Shown here: one piece after another, positions 12,481 to 24,899 of the stretch | Position numbering within the stretch: position 1 is the first letter of the stretch | Layout of the letters: each line of letters begins with the position of its first letter | Assembly (NCBI GenBank): GCA_002269645.1 | Contig: NIVC01001697.1 | Coordinates: 1-64,000, forward strand | Length of the DNA stretch: 64,000 nucleotides | Origin: Macrostomum lignano | Taxonomy: Eukaryota | Direction: 5' to 3' | Translations under genes and position numbers: made by a program | Notes under the pieces: generated by a model | Database searches by the model: none | Told to the model about the DNA's origin: nothing | The model's input: only the letters and a program-made list of their open reading frames with translations

Positions 12481-14258
12481 GTGATTTAGCTGCAAAAATA
12501 TGATATAGTTATTTTGTCTACTACAAAATATTTAATATAATATCAGTGCTATAGAATTAAAATAAGATAGTAATAGGATAATAGACTTATTTTTTTAATA
12601 AGTGATAATTAAAAACTATTATTAGAAATATAAGCATATCTAAAATAATAATTCCCATACATCTTACCACTAATTATTTTGTTTATATTTTTAACAACTT
12701 ATCAATGGTTGATTGAAATTTTGGTTGAAAAATTGGTTGATTGATTAAAAATCATCTAATTAAAAATGCAGTCATCCATTAAAATACACTGATAAAAAGA
12801 TGGTTAAAATAAAAATTGCTTTCATTTGCACTGCCTTAAAATAACATCTAGAAAATGAGACAAGAGGTCAAGGCATACTTTAGATAGAAGAAAATGTTTA
12901 AATGTGTCTATATTCCTAGTGGTTTAAGTAAAAGAATTTGAGCCTTAAAATTATGCCTTTAAATAGATACAAAGTACAATTTTATACTGTCTGGCAAAAA
13001 ACCCAGTCTATCATTTTATTAGTATTCAAATTGATTGGTAGTCCAATTGTCTACATCCAAATCAAATAGTGATAGTAAAATCATAGCAATTCATTATTGT
13101 ACACCTTCTATTACATGTAGAGCAATATTACCTTTAAAAGCAAAGGCAAGGAACTCTTTTGTTATATCTATATCACTCAGCTTTGTAACATAGGTAGAAG
13201 TAGAACTTATTTTTACTTTTAACAATAAACAATAGATAGAAACCCTTGTTATAACTTTTTTTCCTATAGCCTGGGACAAGGGAATACAATCTAGAGATCC
13301 CAAGATCCTGAATAGGCCAAGATCCTTGATTAGGCCTAAATCCTAGGATCACAATTGTCTAGGTCTAGGATTAGAAAATCCTAGGATTTCCCTTTGGGAT
13401 CTTAATCCCACTTTGCAATGATTAAATCATTCATTCCTAAGTAATAACATTTATAATAAAGATAAGACACATTCCAAAATATAAGCATCAAATTGAATTG
13501 ATCAAATATTCAGTTTGAATTGAAATTAGAGAGCTGACAATCTAAATACTAAATAATTACTTTATTGTAGGGTGAAGATTTGGAGCAAATCAATAGTTGA
13601 ATATTGGTCCTTGTGGCTCATAAATAAAAAGAAGGAATAAGGGATAAAAAGGAATTAGAAGATTAAGGACTGAGAAGTTTGCATTTAAAGAGTTAAGAGT
13701 TTTAGGGGTTGTTGGATTGTGACTCATAAATGAAGAAAGGAATTTAGGATGGGATAACACATATAACTTCTTAAAGAAAGGCAGGGATACATGAGCAATT
13801 TCAAGCATAGCATGCTTAGATTGAGTAGTAAGGCTTTAGGAGGCTTTGGGGCTTTAAGAACCTTAGAGTCTTTAAAAATGGAGCACTAAGAATTGATTAG
13901 TAGAATTACTTAAGTAGTTTCTACCTTCAAAACTCTGGCCATAGTTTGGATTAGAACAATGGGACTTTGCTTTTTGACTATAACCCAAGGTTCAATTTGG
14001 GTTAAAGTTGTAGCAATTGCATTGCTATTACAATATAAGCAATATAAGCAATTGAAAACAAAACCAATTCTTTATCTGAAGCAAGTAGGTGCCTTGGGAA
14101 GATAAGGTTCAATCCCTTTTTATCCAGGTATTAGTATCTTAAGCTATGGTTCCATAAGCTATCACTCCCTAGGTTATAGGCCTTATCATAATCAAATATG
14201 ATTTTCCTAAGTTGATACTAGTAGTATATAATATAAAAAGCACTATTATATCAGCATA

Positions 14259-16219
14259 TCTATACATATAAAAATCAAAACTCTGTCTGTCTGTCTGTCT
14301 GTCTGTCTGTGGACAAATTACTTTGCTCTGGACTCCCAAACCGCTCAACCAAATTACACCAAACTTTACACCCACCCTAAACTTACTACGGAGAATGTCT
14401 TAGGCTACCTTTAAATTTCCTAGACTCAAGTCTTCCTACCTAAAAGTACAAAAAAATCTGCTCAAAATGCGCGATTTTTTCACTTAATCCTCCATAGCGC
14501 TGCTCCACTTCTACCGATTCTCTTCCAATTTGACACAGATAATCTTAAACTATTTTGGCACAATCATGTAAAATTTCAAGTCTCAAAGTTAATCCTGATC
14601 GGTGCTGTGCACTTTTAAAGTTAGGCTGTTTTTTTCAGCGTAGCAACCACCCCAACCTCCGCCCGCCTGCCTCTCTTTCCCAATACCAATCTGGGCCCAG
14701 ATGTGTAAAAGGGTTTCAAAATTGACTAACTTTCAGCTGCCATAAGTTTGCTCCACATAAAGCGATTGACTTCAAACTTGACACAATTCTTCATTGACTT
14801 ATTCTCTATCTAAATGTAAAGTTTCAACTCTGTAACTCAACCGAAAAAGAAACTGTAAGCATATGAAGTTTGTCTGCTTTTTCTGTTGTTTGCCGCTCAT
14901 CCAACTCATTCCCCCAGACAAATGATCAGGCGATAGGGCTCAATGTACATAGCGAATGTACAGTGTTTTGGAATAACTTTTTAATAGCCGTCTCTGTACC
15001 CCCGCGAGTGGAGAGGCGTGGAGAGGAGAGAGTTTAGCGAGAGATTCAAACTACTGTCCTCTGTATAGACAAGTCGCAGCAGTTAAACAAGGATGGCAAA
15101 TCAAGGCGATGTGGGATGGTTTATAAAATAGCGAAAAATTAATGAATAACTGATTACAATGCAATCCTACTAAATTAGTTACACCATGAAAATTTTAACA
15201 TTAAGATTCGCATAAGGTAACTTTAAAATTTAAATGGCCTCCTAAGAAATGCGTATTTCCTTGGTTGTTAGACTGCTGCAGACTGTGGTGGTGGAGCTGG
15301 AGAATGGAGATACACAAATTCCTCTCAGGGCTGCTAATTGGCCAGAAAAATGACGTGATTAAAGCATGAGAAATGATAACAACCATGATAATACTTTCGA
15401 AGCAGGGATTGGCAGATTTTTATCTCAAAGGCCAGATAAAGAATCCAGCTCATGGCTGCGGGCCAGATGAGAGTGAAAAGGAAAAGTGGTGAGGAGAGAG
15501 CAGAGAAAAAGGGAGGAAAAAGCGAGAGGAGGGGAGAAAGGAAGGAGAGGAAAGAGTAAAGGTGAGAAGAGGGGAGAGATGAGACAGAGGATCGATGAGA
15601 GAGGAGAGTAGAGAAGATTGAGAAGAGAGTAGAGATGAGAGAGCAGAAAGAAGATGACAGAGGGTCAAGAGGAGAGGAGAGGAGAGATTAGAGAGGAGAG
15701 AGTAGAAGGGATAGAGAAGAGAAGAGATAAGAGGGGGATAGAGGAGTGAGAAGAGAAGAGATAGAGATAAGAGAGTGGTGAAAGAAGAGGGGAGAAAGGA
15801 GAGATGAGAGAGTAAAGGGAAGAGGAGGAGAGAGGAAAGAGATGAGATTGTAGAGATGAGACAGATCAAAGAAGAGATGAGAGAAAAAGGTGAGAGGAGA
15901 GTGCAGAGAGACGAGAGAAGATAATAGAGGAGAGAGAGTATAGAGAAGAGGGAAGAGAAAAGAAGAGAGGAGTAAGGAAAGAGAGGAGTCAGAAGAGGTG
16001 AAAGAGAAGAGTACAGAGGAGATAAGTGAGAGAACGTATAAGAGAGTAAAGATGACAGATGAGAGAGCAGATGAACAGACGAGAGATGGGAGAGTAGAGA
16101 GAACAGAGGAGAGAAAAGAGAGAAGAGATTAGAGACTAGAGGAGAGAGGAGAGACAGGGAGAGAGAAGAGAAAATAGGAGAATGAAGAGAGAAAAGAGAG
16201 TAGAGAGAAGAGAGATGGG

Positions 16220-16297
<78 letters not shown>

Positions 16298-17171
16298 ACA
16301 GAGCAGAGAGTAACGAGAAGAGATAAGAGAGAAAAGATAAAAGAAGAGAAAGGAGAGATAAAAGAGCGGACGAGAGAGAAGAGAGGTGAAGGAAGAGACG
16401 AAAGACGAGGGGAGAGAGAAGAGATAAAACAAGAAAAGAGAGAGAGGAAAGATGTGAGGGAAGAGATGAGAGAGTAGAGGAGAGAGTTAAGAGAAGAGAG
16501 AAAAGAATAGAGAGGACAAGGAAGAGACGAGAGAAGAGGGGGAGAGAGGAAAGAGGAGAGGAGAGAGAAAAGAAGAGGGAAGAGATGAAATAAGAGATAT
16601 GAAAGAGAAGAAAGATGAGAGGGAATATACGAAAGAAGATGGGAGAGAGGAGAGAGGAGAGGAGAGAGAAAACGAAAGAGTAGAGAGGAGAGAGGAGAGC
16701 AGAGAGAAAACGAAAAGTAGAAAGGAGAGAGGAGAGGAGAGAGAAAAGAATAGGGAAGAGATGAGATAAGAGAGATGAAAGAGAAGAGAGATAAGGGAAA
16801 ATACGAGAGAAGAGAAGAGAGACGAGAGATAAGAGATGAGGGATGAGAGATAAGAAAGGAAACAGAAGAGACGATAGAAATTTTAAAGGATCCAAGGGAC
16901 ATAGGGAGAGTCAGGGAGAGGCCAGAGTTTGCCAATACATGTTTTAGAGTCAGAGACAGACATTGCCTGGCATTCTGTGGAGTACCCCAGCAAACAATAT
17001 CTACGTTTGCCTCAAACCCTAATTTTACACAAATGTGTTCCATTTTATGTCTACCTCTATCCTACTAACATTAATTTGTTTGTGTATGGCCTTAGATTTC
17101 AGAATACATGCAAAAGTAGTTCCGGGGATTGGAATTCCCCGGGTTCAAAATCCGCGGGTTTCAACAACTTG
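14259..17171 (+). mobile_element. Candidate non-autonomous Helitron-like element
   Basis: A^TC start (TCTATACATATAAAAATC), then (GTCT)n and AACCAAATTACACCAAACTTT. Possible 3' hairpin CCGGGGA/TCCCCGG (17122-17142), then CGCGGGT…CTTG^T. The right boundary is tentative. Confidence 0.4.
15460..16925. repeat. AG-rich low-complexity block with a (GA)n core
   Basis: Nearly all purines on the + strand; source of the spurious L/S-rich ORFs. Confidence 0.9.
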
Positions 17172-17729
17172 TATATTATATAAGACTTACCAACTCAGAG
17201 CTTATATATAGGCTACCTAACATCTAGCCTAGCCAGCCTGGACAATTTAGCCAGGTGGTAAAAGGCTTGGCCAAGGTAAATTAAATAAATGCCAACCCAA
17301 AATTAAGAATATATAATTTGTGAATATATGGTGAAATCCAAAAATCAGGGGCAAGTTTTATGAAAATTCGTTTTTTGGCAATTTGAAAGCAATAAAGCTA
17401 TAAAATAAATTTATTCAAGTTTTTAAAAGGTAAAAAAGTCTATTAAAGCACAAATTATTTTTGTATAGCTTTATTTTTAATAAAATGATTTGTTAAAACA
17501 GTAAGTTTAATTACGACCTAAAATGAGTCTAATGAAAATGATAGAAAAGCTATAATAATGTATTTTATTAACTTTAACTATCTTATAATGTTATACTCTA
17601 TAATTCTATAACATATTTAACAATATTTTTAAGGGTTTATTTGTTTATCACTTTCGTTACTCTTGACAATGTGTATTTTGTAGAGTTCGTTTGCAATAAA
17701 TTGTATTCAACGTAAGTTTATTATTTAAA

Positions 17730-19035
17730 CATACAAATTCCCGTAAGGATCGGAAAATTGCATTTTACTCAGCTTCTACTAAAGCAATTTGGAAAATTCT
17801 TTTTTTCCTGCATACACGCCGCGATGATACATGTTTTAGTGTAATTTCATTGTTCTTCGTCGCTTAATGAGCATACCCCTATTGGAATAAATGTTAAAAA
17901 CCCGCGGACGCGCGCTTTAGAAAAGAGTCAAACTATTTTACCGCGCTTTAGGATTATTAAAGATGTTCCGAAAGATCTGCAGTTTCGTCGAAATAAAAAT
18001 TCGCTAACTTTCCAAAATCAAAATTGAAATTTCCCGAAATCATAATTCAGAAAAACAAAGTTTAGTATGATCAACACTCACTTTTTTACTTTCAATTTAC
18101 TGCTTAAGTAAAAAGTAATACATGTATATTTAGTAGAAAGTAGTTTATTTTTAGCGACTTTTTAGACACTACCAAAATTTTCACTTCTAAATTTTTTTTC
18201 GAAATTGAAATTCGCTCTAAAAAATTTCAAATTTTGGAAATTGAATTTTTGGAACATCTCTAAGCTTAATAAATTACGAGTATATAAGCCCCTTCAACAG
18301 AGGTATTATACCCATTTCCATGTATATGTATTTGCTAGAGCAGCAGCCAGTAAGAAAGGGCAGCGCGCGCGCAGGCGCTGCGCCTGTGCGCGCGCTGCGC
18401 TTTAGAAAAATTTCAAAAGTGCGCCGGACACCGTCCGCGGTTTTACAACTTTTTCCTATAGGGGAGCATACAGTAAGCATCTGATTTGGAAGCCGGGTAA
18501 CACATTGGAATTCCCATAAGGATTGGAAAATTGCATTTTACTTAGCTTCTACGAAAGCGATTTGGAAAATTCTTTTTTTCCTTTTATACATGCCGTGATG
18601 ATACATGTTTTAGTGTAATTTCATTGTTCTTCGTCGCTTAATGAGCATACAGTAAGCATCTGATTTGGAAGCTGGGTAACACATTGGAATTCCCATAAGG
18701 ATTGGAAAATTGCATTTTACTGAGCTTCTACTAAAGCGATTTGGAAAATTCTTTTTTTCCTTTTATACATGCCGCAATGATACATGTTTTAGTGTAATTT
18801 CATTGTTCTTCGTCGCTTAATGAGCATACAGTAAGCATCTGATTTGGAAGCCGGGTAACACATTGGAATTCCCATAAGGATTGGAAAATTGCATTTTACT
18901 CAGCTTCTACTAAAGCAATTTGGAAAATTCTTTTTTTCCTGCATATGCACCGCAATAATACATGTTTTAGTGTAATTTCATTGTTCTTCGTCGCTTAATG
19001 AGCATACAGTAAGCATCTGATTTGGATGCCGGGTT
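17730..19035. repeat. 179-bp tandem satellite (three full units plus partial units), interrupted by a MITE
   Basis: GAGCATAC anchors at 18464, 18643, 18822 and 19000; partial unit at 17730-17875. Confidence 0.9.
17876..18464. mobile_element. MITE (~590 bp) with ~35-bp imperfect TIRs and 6-bp TSD AGCATA
   Basis: Left end CCCCTATTGGAATAAATGTTAAAAACCCGCGGACG; right end (reverse complement) CCCCTATAGGAAAAAGTTGTAAAACCGCGGACG. AGCATA at 17870-17875 and 18465-18470. The empty site is visible in neighbouring satellite units (e.g. 18641). Confidence 0.85.
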
Positions 19036-22000
19036 TACATTTTGTGGTACCATTTTTTACCCAAAATTTTTAAGTCTAAATATAGGCATATTACAAATAC
19101 TAATACTATGCAAGTTGATATTTAAATGAAAGAAAACAACTTAAAGATTATTTTGCAACAAGGAATTAGCCATATATTTACTTTTAAAGAAAGATGTTTG
19201 CTGGCAAACTTTGCACTTTATATTAGTATGAATTTTCGCGAGTTTATATGGTTTTAGTCTAGAAAAACTTTGAAATACTTAGAAATACTTCATCTTTTTG
19301 AATTGAATAATAAGTAAAACACAGATAACTTTCTGTTTTGTAAGTAGTAAAAAAATTAGCCTTCTCTAAGGCCTACAAGTCTTAAAATTAATTGTTTAAT
19401 AATGAAAAAAAGTGAAACAAAAAATTGCAAATCTGTTAACTTGGACTTTCAAAATGCTTTTTTGTGGTTTTTTCTTATTTATTCAACAATATAAAACATG
19501 AAAACAATAGTTTTTATCCAGAACTATTTTCTAAAGACCTATCTATCTTTCAAAAACCTTTTTTAGATACATTACTTTCCATCGAATGTCCGCAGATTTG
19601 TTTTACCATTTTATCCCATGTTTTTGGATTTTGCCATATATATATAATAGTACTAATTAAATGGCAAAGCATTTAGCTAAATAATAGTATAACCATAATT
19701 ATTCTTTTTGTTTAGGGCCTACCTAAAAAATATTATTTGATTTGTTTATTGACCTTGGGATTTTGTATTCCAGATATATGGCATAGTAGGCCTATTTATA
19801 TTGTGTCAAATGACAATTTTTATATTGGTGTATGAACCTAGCATACAAACGAGGTCTTGTCATTTTTTCTAGCATTAAACCTGGCATAGCCATACACTAA
19901 TACACAAGCTGAACTATAGGTGGTTAGGACTAGAAAATATAAGATCAAAAGGAATATTTATTTGTATAACACTTTATTTAGGCCTACTTTGTTATTGTTT
20001 AAGTTAAAATCATATTGCCCTCAACTAAACTAAACATCTTGTAAAAAAATATCAGGAACATTGACTAGACAGCTTTTATGTAAAACCCTAAAATCAGTCA
20101 ATGACAGGCATATAAATAGTAAACTAGGCTAAAACTGCTGAAGTTGAACCACTGGTAGGCCTACTCTTTCTTATCACTTGTCAAGAAATAGTTTGGCCTA
20201 CCTTGTATATTTACTTAACAAGACCATCCTAATAGCTCACAACAACAAGGCTTTCTATCTTCTCAAGGCCTACAAAGTATAAACCATAGGCCCTAGTTTA
20301 GAACTACAGTATGTATGGCTTTTATATCAGAAAATTCTACCATACCATAGGTCTGTTTTGCTCTTCACTAAGAGCCTTGGTGTACACTAGGGAAATAGAA
20401 CTTTCAGGTATAACATTACATTAGCATCCACATTTACCATAAGAAAACTAAACACATGGACCAACCGACCAATTCCACAATGTCTTGAATTTGAATTTGA
20501 TATTATTAAATAAACAGTAATTTGGACGCATTTGAATAGCATCAAGTTCTTGGAAAGAGACTCCTGCGCTTTAATAAATAAATACCTATTGCAATATGTA
20601 GAAAATGTATAAACTACTTATTATCAATAAATGCAAACATAAAATAAATAAATGTGTAACATATTATCTTGCAGTATAATTTTAGAAACATAACTAACAC
20701 AATTTGTCAAAACTTAAATTGTCAAATTCGAGTATGCGAAATTTGATCTTTTCTAGATTTGTAACTTGTATTGTATATTTGATGCAAACAACGGTTATAT
20801 TTAATCGCCAAATATTATGAGCAATCCTTATACTCAATATTTTTCATTGACAGATTAATGCATACAATCTATTGCATTTTGGATGAACTGTTGTTTGCAT
20901 CAAAGCCATACGGTACCTGTTTTTAGTCCATCCGTGAAAACCGCAAAAAAACACTATGTGCTCTTTCAAATTTTATATTTTATGCAATTTTGCTGTCATC
21001 TAATTAATATCCATAAAATTTACTTTTATAACGTAAGGACTAAGCTGTTTTGTGCAATACCGCCAACTACATACATAAATTTCACGCAATACTTTTTTTT
21101 AACTTCTTGCTTTTTCTTTCGCTTCGTTAGTCGTCCAAGTTTCGTTAATAACATTTCCGCGTTTTTTCAAATACCATATTGCAAAACTCGTAAGTACTAA
21201 TCGTAATTAAATAATAACTAATGCTAAAATATTGTCTCCTATTCCTGAGGTAATCTTAAATACACAGAAATATATTTGCCAAAGAGGCTTCTTGCTTGAG
21301 CCAACTTACTACTACTACTATTACTACTTGTAAAGGGTAGCTCGTCGTCGTTGACGTCAGGCCCCAAGGGTCATCAGTGTACAAATACAAATAAAAAGGT
21401 AGCTAACTTACGTGCATCATACAGGCTTAGCAGTGTATATTCTAGGCTAGCCCTAGGCTCTAGAGATGTTGGCCGCACTTTTCACTGATGCTATTAATGT
21501 TGGCGATTGCCGATTGGCGATTGCTAGTTGGTCCGTCGATCCAGGACTTGATGTCAAATAGCACTCTGATTCCGAGTCTTTCTAACCCGATCCGATGTCT
21601 GGCGCGTTTAAAAACTTGTCAAATTCCACATTGAAAATATACAAAAAACCCCAGGTGGTAGGGGGCCTAGGCCTAATATAACTGGCAAGTTGAGGCCTAG
21701 ATGTAGTACTATTCATATCTCATAGCAAGTCAGACAGGGTGTATCTGGTTTTCTGCTTTTTGGTGGCTATAGCCCCCTACTATAGCTAGGTCTAGGCCTA
21801 GGCCCTATGCTTAATTGGATCTAATTGTACCCTAGGAGTTTAATTTTATAATGGAAACTTGCACTAGGCCCCTAGGCCTACTTCTAGGTTTATCAAATTA
21901 GACTTGCCTAAAAATAAGCCTAACCTTACATTTTATATTGTTCATGTTAAGGCCTATTTAAATTTTTAGAATTATTGTTTTGTTTTTGTATTGTATTTTA

Positions 22001-24106
22001 GCTTTGACATTTTATTTAGGGAATACTAAATGATTCACCAAAAACCTTTTTGCCAAAAGTCAATTTGCCAAATACCTTTTTGCCAAAAATAAATTTGCCA
22101 AAAATGTACTGATTAGGAATCTGATATCCACTAATTCAAAAGCAACATACTGTATCACTCACTGTTTTGAATAAGTGAGATATTCTAAGGCCTAACATCT
22201 AACATAAATGTACATCTTGTCTTGGTTAGCATGATTCATGTATATATTGCTCACTTCAGAAACTCAAATATATCATCTCTAACTTGGCCAATTTGGGCCT
22301 ATACATATATTTTTCTCAGCTTAAACTGCAATCTTCAGATCAGACTTTACAGTGTATAAGGTTATGACTTATGAATAACTTCAATTTTTTAGTTTTTTGT
22401 TGATGTTGATTACATTGAAAACAAAATATGAGAAGACTATTTTTTGCACAACAATCGCCATATATTATATATGCTATATAGCATATATTAGGCTGATATA
22501 TATCAAAAGACAATTTTCTTTCCTACTTTTGCACATTATAATAGCCAAAGTAGGACCTACTCCACCCCCTTCTGCCTTTCCTTCATTACTAGGCCCTAGT
22601 TGAACTGCATAGCACCTTCTGTATGCCTGCAACTGCCTCAACATAGTGTGGGACATTGATGGGGTCTTGGAATAATTTCAATGTCTGCATTTTTTTCACT
22701 CAACATTCTAAATGTTACCTTATTTATTTGTTTTTTGGGTTATTGATTGAATTGGATGTTTTACATTTTAACATTTAAACATTGTATATGTTATCTTTAT
22801 TTGTTATTGGGGTCATTGATTGATTTTGACATTTTACATTTTAATAATTAACATTTCATTTCTTCATTTGTTAATTTTATTTATTTGTTCAGTGAAACAA
22901 CCTTGATTGATTTAAACATTTAACAATATTCTCTTCATTTATTCATTTTATTTATTTGTTTGTTGTTTATTTATTTAGCAAAACAACTTTCAGCAAATTG
23001 ACTTGCTACCAATTTAGGTATTGTGTGGTATAGTTTAATTTTGATAAGAAAAATAGTTTCATTTTTTCATAATTTTTTTAACTTTTTTGTGTTGTATAAC
23101 AATATTTGCAATTTTGCATGGATATAAATTGGCTTACCTAAGCCTTAAAATATAGAAGAGATAACAAAAAATCTCTGTACTTTTTGTTACAGATTAAGCC
23201 TGATTTGATGTTTGTTATATCTAATATTTGTTTTATAAATGACATATATTTTTTTCATTATGAGGCCTCACTACAACTTTGTATCTTTGAAGTTTTTTTT
23301 CCTAACTAGATACAACCTATAAGCTTAGCGTAATCTAGATTGTGGTAGGCATGTGCCAAAATGAAAGTTTTTTTTTAATTCTATGCCTATGTAAATTTTG
23401 TCACTTAGGCCCCTTATATACAAACTTTTAGAAGATATATTTTTAGAAAAATTAATGACTTTTACTAGGCCCTAAATTTTAAAGCATTTTTTGCTAAAAA
23501 GTTTTTGTTTTATTTTTGTTTTCCTTATAAGTTGCATTTACATTTTTTTATTTTTGCTATGCCAAGCTTTCCTTGGTTGATATTTAATGATATTATTTAT
23601 ACACCAAGCCTGAACTTGGCTATTTTGTATGCTAAGTCAAGTGTATGCCAAGATTATCAGTAAAGGCAAAAATATGCCAGAATTTTCTAGTATAAAGGCC
23701 ATTATCTAGACTATCTATAGGAGGCAACAAGACTTAAATATTTGAACAAAGGTTCAAAGAAAGAAACTTTGAAAGCTACTCAGGATTGCCAATAGTTAAA
23801 GAAAAAGCTTACATATCGCTGTGTGCTTTAAAGCCACCTTTTGGTTAATATGAGTGGTGACAATGGTGATAGGGTTGGGGCCATAGGCAAATGACCAATA
23901 AGTGATCAAGTTGACATATTTTTTAGCAACATTGATACATTGGGAATGTTGGCTGATGTCCCTAGTCTAGCAAGGTAAAAGTTTAGGATCAGGATCCTGT
24001 ATTCCTGTCAAAATCTAGCTTAACTGACAATGGTATTTACATCATTCCAAATGCAATTCCTCAAAAAAACCTGGATCATAAATATTCATGCTACTAACCT
24101 GTTGCC

Positions 24107-24532
24107 ATGGCAGCAAAGCGTATCAATGCTGTGAAACCATTGCGCAAACCGGTGTGCATTAAGAAGCGCAACAAGCACATCCAGCGTCACCATAGCGATC
24201 GTTACGACCGCGTCAAGCCAAGCTGGCGCCGGCCTAAAGGCATCGACAACCGGATGCGCAGGAAATTCAAAGGCCAGTCGGTGATGCCGCAGATTGGATT
24301 CGGATCCGACAAGCGGACTAAGCACGTTCACAGGGACGGCTTCCGTCACGTGCTGGTGCACAACGCTAGAGAGCTGGAGATGCTGATGATGGAGAACAGG
24401 CGTTATGCTGGGGTCATTGCGCACACGGTGAGCTCCAAGAAGCGCAAAGGCATGGTGGAGCGGGCTGCTCAGCTTGGCATCCGGCTTGTGAACGGCAGCT
24501 CGAAGCTGCGCACTGACGAGCAGCAGGAGTGA
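24107..24532 (+). CDS. RPL32: 60S ribosomal protein L32 (eL32), intronless, divergent
   Basis: 141-aa ORF with eL32 motifs [35 protein letters not shown] and [22 protein letters not shown]. Confidence 0.95.
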   Translation: MAAKRINAVKPLRKPVCIKKRNKHIQRHHSDRYDRVKPSWRRPKGIDNRMRRKFKGQSVMPQIGFGSDKRTKHVHRDGFRHVLVHNARELEMLMMENRRYAGVIAHTVSSKKRKGMVERAAQLGIRLVNGSSKLRTDEQQE

Positions 24533-24899
24533 AATGAACTGTCGCTATTGTTGCCATTTTCACGAATGGGACTAGTTCAGCAAATACACTAGCTATTGAC
24601 TGATTTGTTAGAGAGGAAACGGTTTGGAACTGTTGGAAATGTTTTGCTTATTATAGCGATTTGTACTTGTTTTTTGTTAATTTTTTGTTTAGGCTTCAGT
24701 TGCCTGATTTTTTGAAGAGGCTTGGACTACTAACGGTGACTTCAAACAGCTGATTAATTTTGTCATACGAGTAATTGAGAACCTGAAACATGGAGATTGT
24801 AAGCTAGAACCTAGATCTGGTTTTTGGCCTGGTTTCACTGGCAACTCTTCTAGCACGGCTGACTTATAGAAGCCCCCCCCTCACCCCAAAACACTCCCT

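Noticed and set aside
11390-13300. Stop-riddled coding-like stretches (e.g. YDLQILVKPKDWIVEY; KEFLAF…) as a transposase pseudogene
   Set aside because: Too decayed to assign a family by eye; noted only as part of the CpG desert.
15450-17043. 481-aa and 304-aa L/S-rich ORFs
   Set aside because: Translation of an AG-rich low-complexity block.
21330-21650. CpG-retaining patch with a minus-strand GTAAGT donor, as an exon
   Set aside because: All frames are short or stopped, and there is no recognizable homology.
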